A DNA stretch of 63,935 bases, filler included, from Reticulomyxa filosa (GCA_000512085.1; 14 parts of 14 records of this genome joined end to end with filler, not necessarily neighbours in it), one strand, 5' to 3'; positions 1 to 13,152 are shown, counted from the first letter of the whole stretch. A program made the numbers and translations. The notes: generated by a model not told the origin, from the sequence alone.

Positions 1-1937
1 ACAAAAGGGAAAAATAAGAAAAAAGATAAAAAAAAGAGACAAAAGTGAAAAAGAAGAAAAAAAATTGTAAGTTCTTAGAAAACGCTCAATCATGAAAATC
101 GAGCAAATTACAAAAAAGGGATAATCGTTCAATACAAGTGGTCCATTTCGTGGAGGAGTTTTGCGAAACTCCGTCAAGGTATCGTCAAGCAAGAAGACGA
201 ACAGTGTGATGACGATGAATAGAAGAAGATAACCCAGAAGCAGCATCGAGTTGTACATACGTGCCCCAGTGAAAGCGCAGAACGAGTGTGGAAATTTATA
301 TAATTTGTAACCCGAAGTATTGTAAAGAAGTCGGTCGCCGTCAAAGTCAGCACAAGTATATGAAAATAATTGTAGACTCGCAAATCGCCAAAGAGTGCGC
401 CCAAGATCGATCTGCCTGCTCCAAAAGACAAGTGAAGATCAATTGTTATGGAAATTGCACTAATTTTATAAGAAAAAAAAACAATAGAAACAGGTAGTAT
501 GCGTGCGAACATTCGCAATCTTGGAGTTTGGATCGTGCATATGCCGATAGAAGAAGTGAATGCGCCCAAGAATGAAAAAAAAATAATAAGAATGATACAC
601 AATCACTAGTTAGATCGTCAATTGCAACGTTGGATATACTGGAAAATTCGCTCAAACTATATACTTGATGATATCATCGCTCTTGCAATGAGAGACAAAG
701 TTCATAAGCTCTAACGGATAAGATATTCACAGTTCAATCCGGACAATCGAGCTCTTGGCCTCCAAACGACGAAAGCAAGCCTACCAAGAATAAAAAAAAG
801 AAAGAAAATAATAAGCGCAAAGTAGAAGTGATACCGGTATTGTGGTGTCGCAAAGGTGGTAGAGAAAAATTAGGAAAAAAGTGGAAGGCAATGAAGTTGC
901 TAAAAAATTTCCACTCTCACGATCGAGAAAACACCACATCGGGAGAATCGCTCCATGTGAGAGTAGTTCAATTTAGTCACGGAGTTGGCGCGAAAGTCCG
1001 TCAACACATAGGCAATCAAGAAGAAAAGATGATTAGTAGGATGTGATGAAGAACATTGAAATCATCACGCTGGACCTTAAAAAAAAAAAGGAAGTTTACC
1101 AGATTTGCTTAGTTCGGTTATTGGTCCATCACGTCCGCGAGTGGCGATTTTACGTTTCCAGACATGAGTCGAACTTCAATCTATCGGTTCCAACGAACAA
1201 GGTTGTTATAAAAATAAAACTATTCGTGTATAGACTGGTTGTGTGCGTGCGCATATTCGCAGCTTTTGGTTTCGAATCGTGTGTGCTGCTGATGGAAGGA
1301 ATGGATCTCGCAAGTGGCATAAGTATTGACGATCGAAGAAAAGGCAGAGAGATGGCTGTTCGCATTTTCTGACTCAATCACCGTAAGAGTCTCGGGCCTT
1401 GCATTATTCGGCAAAAGATAATCGGCCTTGTCCGGCAGTCTCTGGATCGAATTGGACTACGAATGACGTGTTGAATGCGATAATACTTTGCTCATTTTTC
1501 TCCAAATACTGGGAAAATTCAACGAATTCAAAGATTGCCAATTTTTATTTTCTTAAGTTGGATTCGAGTCGACGTGAGTTTTAAATCGTGAATCAAATAG
1601 TAATCAAAAATCGTTGAACCATTGCATTCAATAACGGCAAGGAATGAATACAGCCAATAATGAAGAAGAACACGAATTGTAACTTCCCTCCATCATCGAA
1701 TCGACAAGCCAAATGTTATCGAATTGATACGTATGGTGATGGACGCAGAAATTTCAAAAAACGATCATTATCCGACGTATCCCTCATCACAGGGAGATGA
1801 CGAAGGCATTGGAATAGTTGAAAGAAATTGTCTCAGTTCAATCAAGGACAATCTTTATTATTGGTAAGCTTGCTTCGTTCGTAGTCAGGCAGCATCAACA
1901 TCCAGAAAGAAAGACTTGAACATACTGCGCAAAAAAA

Positions 1938-2037
1938 NNNNNNNNNNNNNNNNNNNNNNNNNNNNNNNNNNNNNNNNNNNNTTAATTAATTAANNNNNNN
2001 NNNNNNNNNNNNNNNNNNNNNNNNNNNNNNNNNNNNN
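1938..2037. other. Artificial contig linker N44-TTAATTAATTAA-N44
   Basis: Fixed 100-nt spacer with a six-frame stop cassette; identical in 13 places. Confidence 0.98.
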
Positions 2038-2214
2038 CACACACAAAAAAAAAATTAACTTCAATCCGGCGCTCATCATTTCTTCGTGGGTCCAATTAAC
2101 GACAGGTGCTTCTACGTACATTGCTTCTTCCCAGGCCATCAGTCTCTTATACAATAGATAGGCCACCACAACCAACAATGCCACAAAGGCAAATATATAT
2201 GCAGAAAAAGACAT
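2038..2214 (-). CDS. First exon of a hypothetical N-terminally membrane-anchored protein (truncated by contig end)
   Basis: ATG at 2214; hydrophobic helix YIFAFVALLVVVAYLLY followed by KR; GT donor-like site after GLK; head-to-head with the MFS gene. Confidence 0.45.
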
Positions 2215-2480
2215 GGATCAGAAATGTGGATTGATCTGTTGGAAGGTAGTTAATTAAGTCAAACGCTGAAACCTCCTTTTTTTGTTTAAGTGAAGTACAA
2301 TTAAAGGGTGTCAGTAAAAAACCTTTTCCAGGTTAAAAAATCACGATTATATAACAAAACACAATGTTGTAGTTAGTTTAAAAAGACGACAATTACAAAC
2401 TTTGCAATTTCAACTTCGACGTTTGGATAAGTGAGGTGGTCACGTCTGAGATTTATTTTGAAAATGGATATTGATCTCCA

Positions 2481-4646
2481 ATGGGAGAACCAGAACTACA
2501 GCGCTACTACATTTTAGTGGCATTTTGTTTGCTCAGTGGACTTCAAGGTCTTGTTTGGTTTACATTTAGTTCAGTTCCAGACAAAGTGTGGACTACTATG
2601 GTCTCTCAAAGTCGGCATCAGGTACCATCAACCCGACGGTCGATTTACTTCTCAATTGGTTACTATTTTTTTTTTTTGTTGCTGTTGATTGTTATTGACC
2701 GCCGATGACAATGACAGTATTTATTATTTTGTAAAGAAAAATGTGTTTATTTGTTTCTGTGGTCAAACAAACAGGGGCCCAATTTTTTTCATTCCCACAG
2801 CCCCATTTGCGGCATACTTATTGTCAATCCCATACAAAGGCCTAAAATATACAGTCCGCTTGGGCATTACTTTGGTATTTTTAGGGGCACTCATTCGCAC
2901 CATCCCCACTTTTTTAAGCGAGTCCTTCGTCCAGCAATGGTTTAACATTGACTATCACAGAAATAGTGACTTATGGCACACCTTAATTTTTTTACACATT
3001 GGGCAAATGTTAAACGCAATCGCCGGGCCAATGGTCCGAAGTTTTTTGTTTGTTTGGCTCCCTCCTTATAGTGAATGCTAAAAAAAAACAAAAACAAAAA
3101 AACACGCAAAAAAGCAGAGAGTGAAGAAAAAAAAAAAAAAGTATACGTAGAGGTTTCCAAAAAGGGGTACGCAAAATCGGAGTAGGAGGAGAGTAAACGA
3201 GGAGGGGGAAAAAAAAAAAAATCACTCTTCAATCTTTTTTTATTATTTATAATGGAATGTTCTAAAATAATGCCAAAAAAAAAAAAAAAAAATGAACAAA
3301 TAAAGGTGATGGGACCACCAACAAAATTAAGCGCGATTTGGTTTCCAGAAAGTCAAAGAGGACTTGCTACAGGGTTTGCGGCATCAATGAATATAGGTGG
3401 CAATGCTGTTGGATTTGTGTTGGGACCGCTGTTGGTACCTCGCGGAGAGAATTTTGGATTATTGTTGTATGTGACATTATTAATGGTGGGGGTAGTGTTT
3501 GTGATGATTTGGTGTTACTTCCCAGCGAGGCCACAAGTAATGCCAAACAAAGCCGCACATAAAGCACTATTGAGTTTCTCTCGTATCAATAATGATGACT
3601 GGCTGCACGCACAATCACTGAATGACGACTCGGTCAGGCGTCAACCCCCTCCACCGCCTGCACGACAATCAAAACAAGGACTGCTAAATCAAAAACTCAC
3701 CACTAGCGATAATATGACGGCCTATCACTCGTTGGGGTCAGGAAGTGCCCCTGATATGTCGCTAGACTCATACAGCCACGACGAGCCCGTTTTTAAACGC
3801 AGCAGTTTGAAACATCACTTTCAAACTTTTGCATTGGAAATAAAAGAGCTCATCACACAGGTACCGGCTTTGTTGCTCATTCTTGCTGGAGGTGTGCTTG
3901 CATGTGCGAACTTACTACCGCATAGTTCCCTCCTTTTCCCCTTCTTTTTTTTGAACATGTAAAAAAAAAAAAAAACGAAATCATGCAAACTAAAAATTTT
4001 TTTGCTTGTTAACATGCCCCCCCCCTCTTTTCCTTCCTCCCCTCTTCACGTGCGCAACATAGGAATTGAAAGTGGTATAAACTCTTGTTGGGGAGCAGTA
4101 ATGCAAGACATGTTACATCCAATTGGCTTGTCTGATAATTTGATCGGATATTTGGGCTTGGCAGTGTCAGTGTCCAGTTTGTGCGGAGGTATGATCATTG
4201 GCCCTATCAGTGATCAATGGTTCCGGAGAAAATTGAAAAAGTTGTTGATAATACTATTCTTTGCCGCTATTACTTCATTTGCCATCACCTTTATCACTAT
4301 ACCTTCTCCGTGGTGGACTTATGGAGAACCAATCGAAAAGTTACAAGGCGACGGGCAAAGAGATAGTCGATTTGGTATCGTTCTTGTATGTGTCGTGTTG
4401 ATCGGATTTTTCAGTGGAGGAATCGTTCCCGTTTTTTTTGAAATAGTCGCTGAACTTAGTTATCCCGTCAGCGAGGGTACCAGTGGCATGTGCTTGGTGT
4501 TTGTCAATAATATCGCCTCACTTATGATCATTGGCATTGGCAGTTGGTTGAACACCAAGTATGAAACTATTGTATCACTTTGTATCTTGGTTGTGTGTCT
4601 TTTGGTCAGTATTTCTGTCAAAGAAGTGTACAAAAGAGATAGCTGA
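2481..4646 (+). CDS. MFS transporter, SLC49 family (DIRC2/SLC49A4-FLVCR-like); 4 exons; apparent 1-nt frameshift near 2585
   Basis: Motifs QGLVWFTF, LLLNW|GPIFF, LGALIRTIP, HIGQMLNAIAGP, LSAIWFPESQRGLATG, ELSYPVSEGTS resemble DIRC2. Inferred GT-AG introns 2659-2774, 3034-3305 and 3892-4062 keep frame. Confidence 0.88.
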
Positions 4647-4911
4647 CCTGTCCACTGATTCATATTGTCGCTTTTTTTTATCAAATCTTCGCGGAAATAT
4701 TTTTTTCAAAATTTAACAAGAGTTATTTTTTCATACTTTGACAACAAAAAGTTTTATCTTTTTTTTGTTGCATGAAGAGACATTTCGAGCGAGGGGGAAT
4801 CCAGTTTTTGTTTCTCGTCTCAATTTTTCATGTCATTAAATTTATGGAAGCAAGACCAAAAATAAAATAAAAAAGTAAGCAAATGCAAAAAAAAAAGCAC
4901 CGGCAACAACC

Positions 4912-6129
4912 TCACAAAACATGTCTGTTGTGTGCCGATGTAACTTGGACAATTTGTCCATATACCGAGTGATGAATTGGGTCAATACGGTCTAAATATT
5001 CTTGCCTTTCAATTTGGATGGTCAAATCATCAGCGCGTATGTTCAATTTACTGGACAACAAAGCACTAACTTGTCGCAGTATGTCTTGGTCAGTGAGTGA
5101 AGGGCGGTCTTTGAGTTTGGTCTGTGGCAACACACCATTTCCCATTTCATTGTCTTTGTCATGGAGGGACTTGTGTTCGTCACTTTCGGCCAAGTCATTA
5201 TGATCATTGATTTTTTTGGAAACGCTATTTCCAACAGTCGCATCCTCGTTGAGATTTCCTTTAATATAGCTATTTGTACCCAATGGTGACTTTTCGGCAA
5301 TTTGTATATGAATGGTTCCGATCGTTCTTCCCGGCTCACATTCCCAAAAATGTGCCAATCGGAAGCCAACTATCCCTGGAATGGTGCCCAACATACCTGC
5401 CAATTCATTGCGTTGCAAAGTGTGAACAATATTGGAAGGGGTCCGATCAAGCAACACCTTGCTAGTAGAAGTCAGTAGCGGATACACGTTGAAAAAAATC
5501 AACGCAGAAATGAACAGCGAGCATATCGCATCGGCCATTGTCCATTCGAACACATAAATGATCGCAGACGATGTGATCACGCCGACGCTACCCAATGTAT
5601 CTGCCATCACATGCATGAACAATGCGCGTACATTGTCGTCACGCTGCTGCGAGTGCGTGCAGCTATCGTCCGCGTCTTCTGCATTGTGCAAATGAGAACT
5701 GCCATGGGAGTGTGTATGAGAATGGGAATGCGAATGAGAATGTGAATGGGAGTGAGAATGGCCATGGCCACTCAAGCTGTATTTTTATCACAAAACAAAT
5801 AACAATCAAGTTAAAAAAAAAAAAATGAACATTTAAACATTTATTTACATATACATAAATATATACATATGTAAATGTGTATGTATATTTATGAATGACG
5901 AATGAACTGTGCATCGTGAAAAAAATACAGCCCCACAAGATTGACAAGCAATCCCATGACGGACACTACTAATACTTTTTCACTATGAATTTCAGGTGGG
6001 TGCAGAATCCTTTCAAATGCTTCGATGAACACGGAAATGGCAATGTACACTAAAAAGATTGCATTAATAAACCCCGACAATACTTTGATTCGTCCGTGTC
6101 CGTAAGTATAACTCAACTTGCTTTCCTCT
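4912..6129 (-). CDS. Cation diffusion facilitator zinc transporter (ZnT5/ZnT7/Msc2-like), 5'-truncated
   Basis: YTYGHGRIKVLSGFINAIFL, EAFERILHPPEI, GLLVNLVG, His-rich loop, NVRALFMHVMADTLGSVGVI (HxxxD metal site), ADAICS, HFW...GTIHIQ, LTIQIE. Confidence 0.92.
5703..5772 (-). repeat. (His-Ser)n coding repeat, the His-rich loop of the CDF transporter
   Basis: GHGHSHSHSHSHSHSHSHTHSHG. Confidence 0.9.
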
Positions 6130-6185
6130 CTGACAAACGATAAAAAAAAAAAAAAAAAAAGGGGGTTTTTTTTTTTTTTTTTTTT

Positions 6186-6285
6186 NNNNNNNNNNNNNNN
6201 NNNNNNNNNNNNNNNNNNNNNNNNNNNNNTTAATTAATTAANNNNNNNNNNNNNNNNNNNNNNNNNNNNNNNNNNNNNNNNNNNN
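6186..6285. other. Artificial contig linker
   Basis: N44-TTAATTAATTAA-N44. Confidence 0.98.
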
Positions 6286-6799
6286 CAGTTGAGTACTAAT
6301 ACGGACGACACGTTGGGAGTAAAGGCCCTTTGGGGGGTATATTTTGTTTACGTTCGGTATGTTTTGGGGGGAGCTAGGCATACGTAAATGAAAGAAATAA
6401 TATGGTGATATTGGATTGTAGATTTGAAGTGCTAAACACAATCGAATTGGAAGAAAAAATAAGTGAAATCAATGGATAGTGGTGACAGCAGTATATGTGA
6501 ACTTATGTCGAGTGTTTGACCATAAAGCAAGTCTGAATGTATAGTAGAGAAAAAAGGCGATATAGTCGTTATTTCAATAAGGGCAATGGTGGGTACTTGC
6601 GAAGTTGAATGAAATAATACTGTGTCTAGTGAAGGACCTAATCGATAAATATCACGAAGAGCTGGATGGAACAGTCAAGGACGACATAAATATTCGAGGT
6701 TATCGAATCAAATCGGAATGTGCACACACAAACCCAAAATATGCAAGCTACAACAACAATTGAACAGCAAGCAAACGCACATAAAAAACAACAGAATTG

Positions 6800-8450
6800 A
6801 AACGATTGAAATCAAAGCGACATCCTCATTTTGGTGAATTGCAATCATCGACTCGTTCCAGTATTTGCACGTGTTGAAGTTGAAAGCAGGATGGTCCAAT
6901 TCTTCATATCCTTCCAATGATGTCCAAGTCCTCAATCGGAACATTGATGCAACGAACGTTCCTATTTGGAGAAGGCGATCTTTTATATCCATGTCAATGA
7001 TGCATGACATTCAAAAAGTGAGTCCATATGACAGCTATGATTATAGTGTTGACAATGATGGCAATAATGATAATAATAATACCAATGATAATGATAACAA
7101 AACCAAATCAAAAGAAGAAGAAACATTGTATTTGTGAATGTAGTCTTGGGAAAGTCAAAAATCTGCAGTTGTGAATTGTAAATTGTACCGAACATGCTGT
7201 TAAGTGATATTAATTGCATTACAGCAAAAAGGTGCAATTCATATTTGAGTTTTCGAACGATACATGTTTGAATACCATCAAAATAATAACAATAATAATA
7301 ACGACAATTTGGAAAAAAAACATCAATTATTTTTATTTCTGATGTATCGAAATATTATAGAAGACCCGATACGTAGGTTTTTGCATATGTCGAACGTGAT
7401 CCGCGACATCTCTTCGTTCAAGTGGTCGTTTGCAATTGAAGACTGGATGGACTCGCTATGTCGATGACTTGGACGAGCTGGGGAACGTTGGTGTGCACTT
7501 TCTGTCGAACTTGATATCGTTGAACTGCAGCAAGTCGGCAATGATCAAGTTTGTGCAACTTGAGCCCTGGATAATGAATCGTCTTAGTCAAACGGTGAAT
7601 TCGCGGAGCATGTATTTTTCTTCGACTCCAAAATCAGTTTGTCTCAAAGACTACCAATGGTTCCTCGTTTCGTCAATATTGTCTCCAGTGTGTATCAAGT
7701 GATATGCGTTCTTTAACTGCAGAGTACTGTTCAATTTCAATATCGAAATGAACACACTGCAAACGGTCTGCGATCAAATATTGGGTGGGTGTTTGCCAAA
7801 CGATACCATCTTGGCATTTCAAAGACATCCGTTCTTGCAATTCTATGTGTTGCAACACAGTGTCAGAACGTCCATTTGGCCATGTTCGATTATGGACGAA
7901 TATTAGATTCACACATGTAATGACCCCACTAAACTTGTCTATTCCCTTTTTTTTCTTCTTCTTCATCCTCTTCTTCGAAGATCTTGAATTTTGCTTGAGA
8001 TGACTGTGTTTGTCGTTGCATTTGCATCTTCACCAATGCCAATCGCACAAGCAATCCAATCACCATCGCGCATGTTCCATTAGCTTGCACATATACTAGT
8101 CCCATCGAGTGTGGTTTCAGCTCTGGGAGTCGTCTCTTTCGTTGTTGGATTCAGATAAGCCTATTTGCAGCATGTTTATCACTTTGCATGATTAGAAGAA
8201 ACAAGACCACAAAGACAAAGATAAAGACAAACAATGTAATATAGTCATTGTTATTCAAGAAAGCAGTTGGTTTGCTTCAAGTCCATTTAATCAGCCGACA
8301 CCTATCATTCAACATCTCCATTCAGCTGACATCCACTGGCCATGGCACTGATGTTGCTACTGATACTACTTTCTATCATCATTCGCAAGACTCTTTCTTT
8401 TTGCGCTTCCAGCACATGCGCAGTCACTATAAATTATTTCAGTAGCAAAA
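6800..8450 (+). pseudogene. Degenerate coding-like sequence of unknown family
   Basis: GC content above the flanks; chains of short + strand ORFs with Asn-rich runs, broken by stops and frame changes; no recognisable motif. Confidence 0.3.
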
Positions 8451-9298
8451 TCTCTGCAATTGATGAAATTCCGAGTAATATCGTATACATATATACACAC
8501 TTTGCCCATTTTTTCGCAACCATAATTGATCCTTTCTCAATCTTAATGATGCAAATAAAACAGTAATATGTCGACAAATTTTTTTTTTACATCCACATTC
8601 ACTTACCTTGTGCATTCTATCCTTGGATTACAAAAGTAAAAAAATGAAAAAGTACACTTAACAAAAAATTTATCACAACTTACTTGAACTTGAAAAAAGA
8701 CACGTCTAAAACAAAAAATACCTTTTGCCTTGGATCCATCAACCAATGTTAAGCGCCATGATACAACAAATAAGTATTGACTTAAGAACTTCAACAAAAA
8801 AATCTATAAATATGTTTTATGATGATAAAAGTTCTTTTTTTAGTTTGAACTTTATTTAAAAAAGCAAAGAAAAAATCCTACATACTTTTTTCTTCAAGAA
8901 AAAGTGTCATGAGACAAAAAAGAAAACATTCAAAATAATTTTCTTATTCTCTGCAGACAATTCTTATTAGAAAAAAAAAGATATTTGACATATTGTAAAG
9001 TATTTTTTTTGACGTTTGTTGTCACTGATACGTTAATTCTAATTTGGAAACAAATTTTACTTGCAGAAATTCGGAATATTACAAATAATATATGCTATGA
9101 AAACGAACTTTTCTTTTGCTAAAGGGCTTTTAATTAAAGTTTTGGTTTGTGCGATGTTTGTGGAGATGCCGTATTTGATTTATAAGCGTGAATGGTCATT
9201 GATATATTTTTGAACATGGACAACTCGACTGCTTGGAAATTGTTATGGATACTGACTTGGACATTGCAACGGACGGACCATTGGATATTGTAATTGAT

Positions 9299-9398
9299 NN
9301 NNNNNNNNNNNNNNNNNNNNNNNNNNNNNNNNNNNNNNNNNNTTAATTAATTAANNNNNNNNNNNNNNNNNNNNNNNNNNNNNNNNNNNNNNNNNNNN
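9299..9398. other. Artificial contig linker
   Basis: N44-TTAATTAATTAA-N44. Confidence 0.98.
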
Positions 9399-9432
<34 letters not shown>

Positions 9433-9434
<2 letters not shown>

Positions 9435-10569
9435 TGCATTTGGCATATCCAAGAAAGTTCAAACGTGGCTCAACACATAATAATCCTAAAAAAAATCATT
9501 CAAAGCTATCCTCTAAAAAAGACATGGCTCGGCGCAATGATAACGCAGTCCACTTTAATTGAAAAACTAGACAAAGACTTTGCAATTTTGGATCACTTCT
9601 TTCAAGACTTGGATACGTTTAAAGAAATGGCCACCTCGCTTTGGGATCCTGCGCATCACGATATAGTTTATATTGTCTATTTATGCCAATGTATTTTCTC
9701 TTTAAAATGTGTACTCTATCTCTTTCCCTCTCTCTCTCTCTCTCTCCACAAAAAAAAAAAAACACAAAACAAACAGAGTTTAGTTAAAAAGAAAAACGGA
9801 CCAGTGCAAACACTACGCTTGAGTGGATCTTACTTTGGATACTTGGACCAATTGAAAATTCGCTTGGACTTTTTGTTATATTTGCTGACGCACTCCACAT
9901 TGAGACTGACACGCGAGCAATACACCAAACTATGGCTCCTTTTCGTAAACAAAGCCATATGCGATGAGGAAATCGACTTGTTTTGTCTCTGGTTATTGCA
10001 AGGATCCATTCCGCCGCAGCAACCATCTTCTCGTAATCTTTCGTATTTGAAGCTGTATCATTCCCAAGATCGAAAATTCCTTTTCCATCAATGCATTTGT
10101 CAACTGCCACCTGCAAATCTGTCCGAGGTTAATTGTTTACATATATAATATTATATATATATATATATATAATATTATATATGTAAGCGAGTGTTTAAAA
10201 TAGGCAGGATATCTGCTGGTAGTATCGTTTTTCTGCTCAACGAATAAACGCAAAGGATGCTTGACAATTGAAGGAAGCAAAAAACAGACATGGCTATCTT
10301 CTTTGGAAAGAAGAATAACAATTGGACAGGGAGGGACGAGAAAAAAATACAAGGAGTTGGCATCGAATTTTGTGTCCTTTTCGCCCACTCAAAATAGCAT
10401 TAAAACGTTGGAACAATACCTCACTTATTTCGATGACGAAGACGAGGATGAAGCCAATGACGATATGCCAAAGTATTTAATCCATCCCGATCAGCACTAC
10501 GTGCATCCCAAATCTTTGCAAGTTGTCGATTATAGCGAATTGGAAGGGATACCTTATTTTTGGTAAAAT

Positions 10570-10602
<33 letters not shown>

Positions 10603-11178
10603 AATGTTTATGTAATATAAAATGTAAAGGAGATTGGTACGTGAAGCACACTCAACAGTAGTGGGAAATCAGGCAAGTGAATTGTTGAATGCCTTACATT
10701 TCAACTTTTCGTCGCGTTCGAGATCAAAGTCCGAGATTCGGCGCAATTACGTGCGCAAATGTTTAGATTACTTGTCGGAAGATTTGACAAAGCGAAAAGA
10801 AAGTGAGGGCACGTCAATGAGAGTCGAGCGTGTGATCCGTTTGTTGCGATCGTTTTTGGAGGGCTTTATTGCGGAAAAGAACATTGGCAATGCAGAGGAC
10901 GTCGTGGAATTGGAAATAAAGCCGCACAAGTTCTTTCGATTGGCAAGTTATAATATCACCGTTGCAAAGACTCAAACGTTGAGAAACCTGCACAACACAT
11001 ATTCGGTCGATTGCATAAAATCCACAGCGGTTTGAACAAACAAGACATTATCCTCAAGTGGGATCAGCAATTTATTTTGCCAAATAACGACCAAGTTCTG
11101 CTCTCTCAGATTGATTGGGCCAAGTCTCGCACGGTGCAAATTTTCGTTGAGCATCATCCGTTTAGCCGAAATTTCGAC
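9433..11178 (+). CDS. Internal fragment of a USP34/USP24/USP9-type ubiquitin-specific protease (helical N-terminal region leading into a Ubl-like segment)
   Basis: ILDHFFQDL, YLDQLKIRLDFL, LRLTREQYTKLW, ICQLPPANLS, ELEGIPYFW, YVRKCLDYL and RVERVIRLLRSFLEGF parallel the USP34/USP24 N-terminus in order; catalytic domain not in this contig; frameshift near 10995. Confidence 0.75.
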
Positions 11179-11278
11179 NNNNNNNNNNNNNNNNNNNNNN
11201 NNNNNNNNNNNNNNNNNNNNNNTTAATTAATTAANNNNNNNNNNNNNNNNNNNNNNNNNNNNNNNNNNNNNNNNNNNN
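11179..11278. other. Artificial contig linker
   Basis: N44-TTAATTAATTAA-N44. Confidence 0.98.
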
Positions 11279-11316
<38 letters not shown>

Positions 11317-11344
11317 TGGAAGAGGAGAGAAAGGAGGAGGGTGC

Positions 11345-12269
11345 TCACTCTGAGTGGGTATCAGTGTGTATTTTGTCGCCTAACCCTCGTTGATGAACAA
11401 AAATAGTATTCCCAAAGACAGTGCTGTTGGGAACATAAATACGCTCGATGACGGTGGAAGACGATCTAGGATCAAGCACGTCAATTTGCAAATGTCGCAA
11501 AGTCATTTGCTTGACAACGCCTTTGTAAATCCCTCCCATGTGAGCTCCCCCAATGGTGACTAAGTCATCGTACCGGAACGTGCCTTCAATGGCCAAAATG
11601 ATTCCAGCTACGTAGTTGTACGCTACGTCCTTCAAACCAAAACCCAGTGCGGCACCTGCAAATGAAAATCCTGCCACAAATGGGGTCGTGTCAAACCCTA
11701 AAGCACGCAGCAGTGTTACCCCGATAAAGGCGTATACTCCTACTGATATTGTCGAGGATATTATGGCTAAAAGTCCTTTGTCTTGAACAGCACCTATTAT
11801 TATTATTATTATTATTGTTATTATTATTATACAAACTTTAAGCAAACTTTTTAATCTTTGTTTTCATACTCTTTTCTCCCCTTTTTTCTTTTAAATTACC
11901 AGAAAATTCCAGGCCTTCTCGAATCCATCTTCCAATATTAAATTTTTTGATTAAAGTGTTCAAATATGTCTTCTTCACTTTTACTTCGAGTGGAGGGACT
12001 ATCTGTTCCCAATGCTCTGTCCTCTCGTACCCTGGATCTTCTTTTGCTTTTGTCTTTGCTGGTTCACGCTCCTCACTTTTTGGACCGCTGCTGTTGAAGT
12101 GACGCATCTGCTGTGACAACACACATTGACTAATTCTCCCTATTTGCGCGTCTTGTCGTCCATGAAGACGCGCCCAGCGTGCTAATTGTCTTTGTGATGA
12201 CAATACATCCACACTAATACTACGCCCGCCCTTGAAGGGCATCAATGATAGTCGTTGAAATGTGCTCAT
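11345..12269 (-). CDS. MscS-family mechanosensitive channel with a probable mitochondrial presequence; 2 exons
   Basis: LGFDTTPFVAGFSFAGAALGFGLKDVAYNYVAGI (TM2-TM3), FRYDDLVTIG, GVVKQMTLR, IYVPNS; Arg/Ser-rich, acid-poor N-terminus ending RHFNS. Confidence 0.88.
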
Positions 12270-13009
12270 ATTAGAAGAACTTTATCGGTTTTTTTGAAAA
12301 GGGCATTTCCGATTGAAGTTCAGTTCCAGACACACAAAAAAAGAGAAAATGAGGGGAGAGGTTTTGTGTTTTGCACAAACAAAAAACTTGAAATTCGTTG
12401 AAATAGACAAAAAGAAAGAGCATAGTTTTCATAACTCCAACAAAAAATAGTACTGAATCAAAGCAGCCACTAATAAAACAGATAATACTGCGCAAGTGCG
12501 TATCATTTTTGAATGAAAAAAAAAGGGGAATGTTGAAGTGGACTGTCATGACCCACGTGCAACTCTTGAACCAGAGGATAGTCAGTATACTACATTAGTA
12601 TATATTTTAAAAATTACAAAAAATCCATTTCACTCTTCCCATGAGGCTCCAAACTTTATCTTTTTTAACAATCGTAATGTGGTGTCGAATATAAAATCCC
12701 CCCATCGAAACATTTCTAACAAAACGAAAATGTCCAAAGCTTTACTTTGTGCAAAAAGTGGTGCAACTTAATCTATGGAAATGCAGAGATATAAAAAAAA
12801 AATAGTCTGGATGATATTGGAGCGTGTGACGAAGAGAGAGTATAGCAAGGTACTTGGCACATTTTTTGAAGGGAAAAAAAAGCAAATTAAAAAATAATTT
12901 GTGGCCACCAAGGACATGGTGCACGATGAAGCTCTCTAAATTCTTCAGATTTAATGCACTCACTAAAATTATCAAAAATTAAAATGAACAAAAAAATTCA
13001 AAAAAAAAG

Positions 13010-13044
<35 letters not shown>

Positions 13045-13052
13045 AATTTTTT

Positions 13053-13152
13053 NNNNNNNNNNNNNNNNNNNNNNNNNNNNNNNNNNNNNNNNNNNNTTAA
13101 TTAATTAANNNNNNNNNNNNNNNNNNNNNNNNNNNNNNNNNNNNNNNNNNNN
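13053..13152. other. Artificial contig linker
   Basis: N44-TTAATTAATTAA-N44. Confidence 0.98.
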
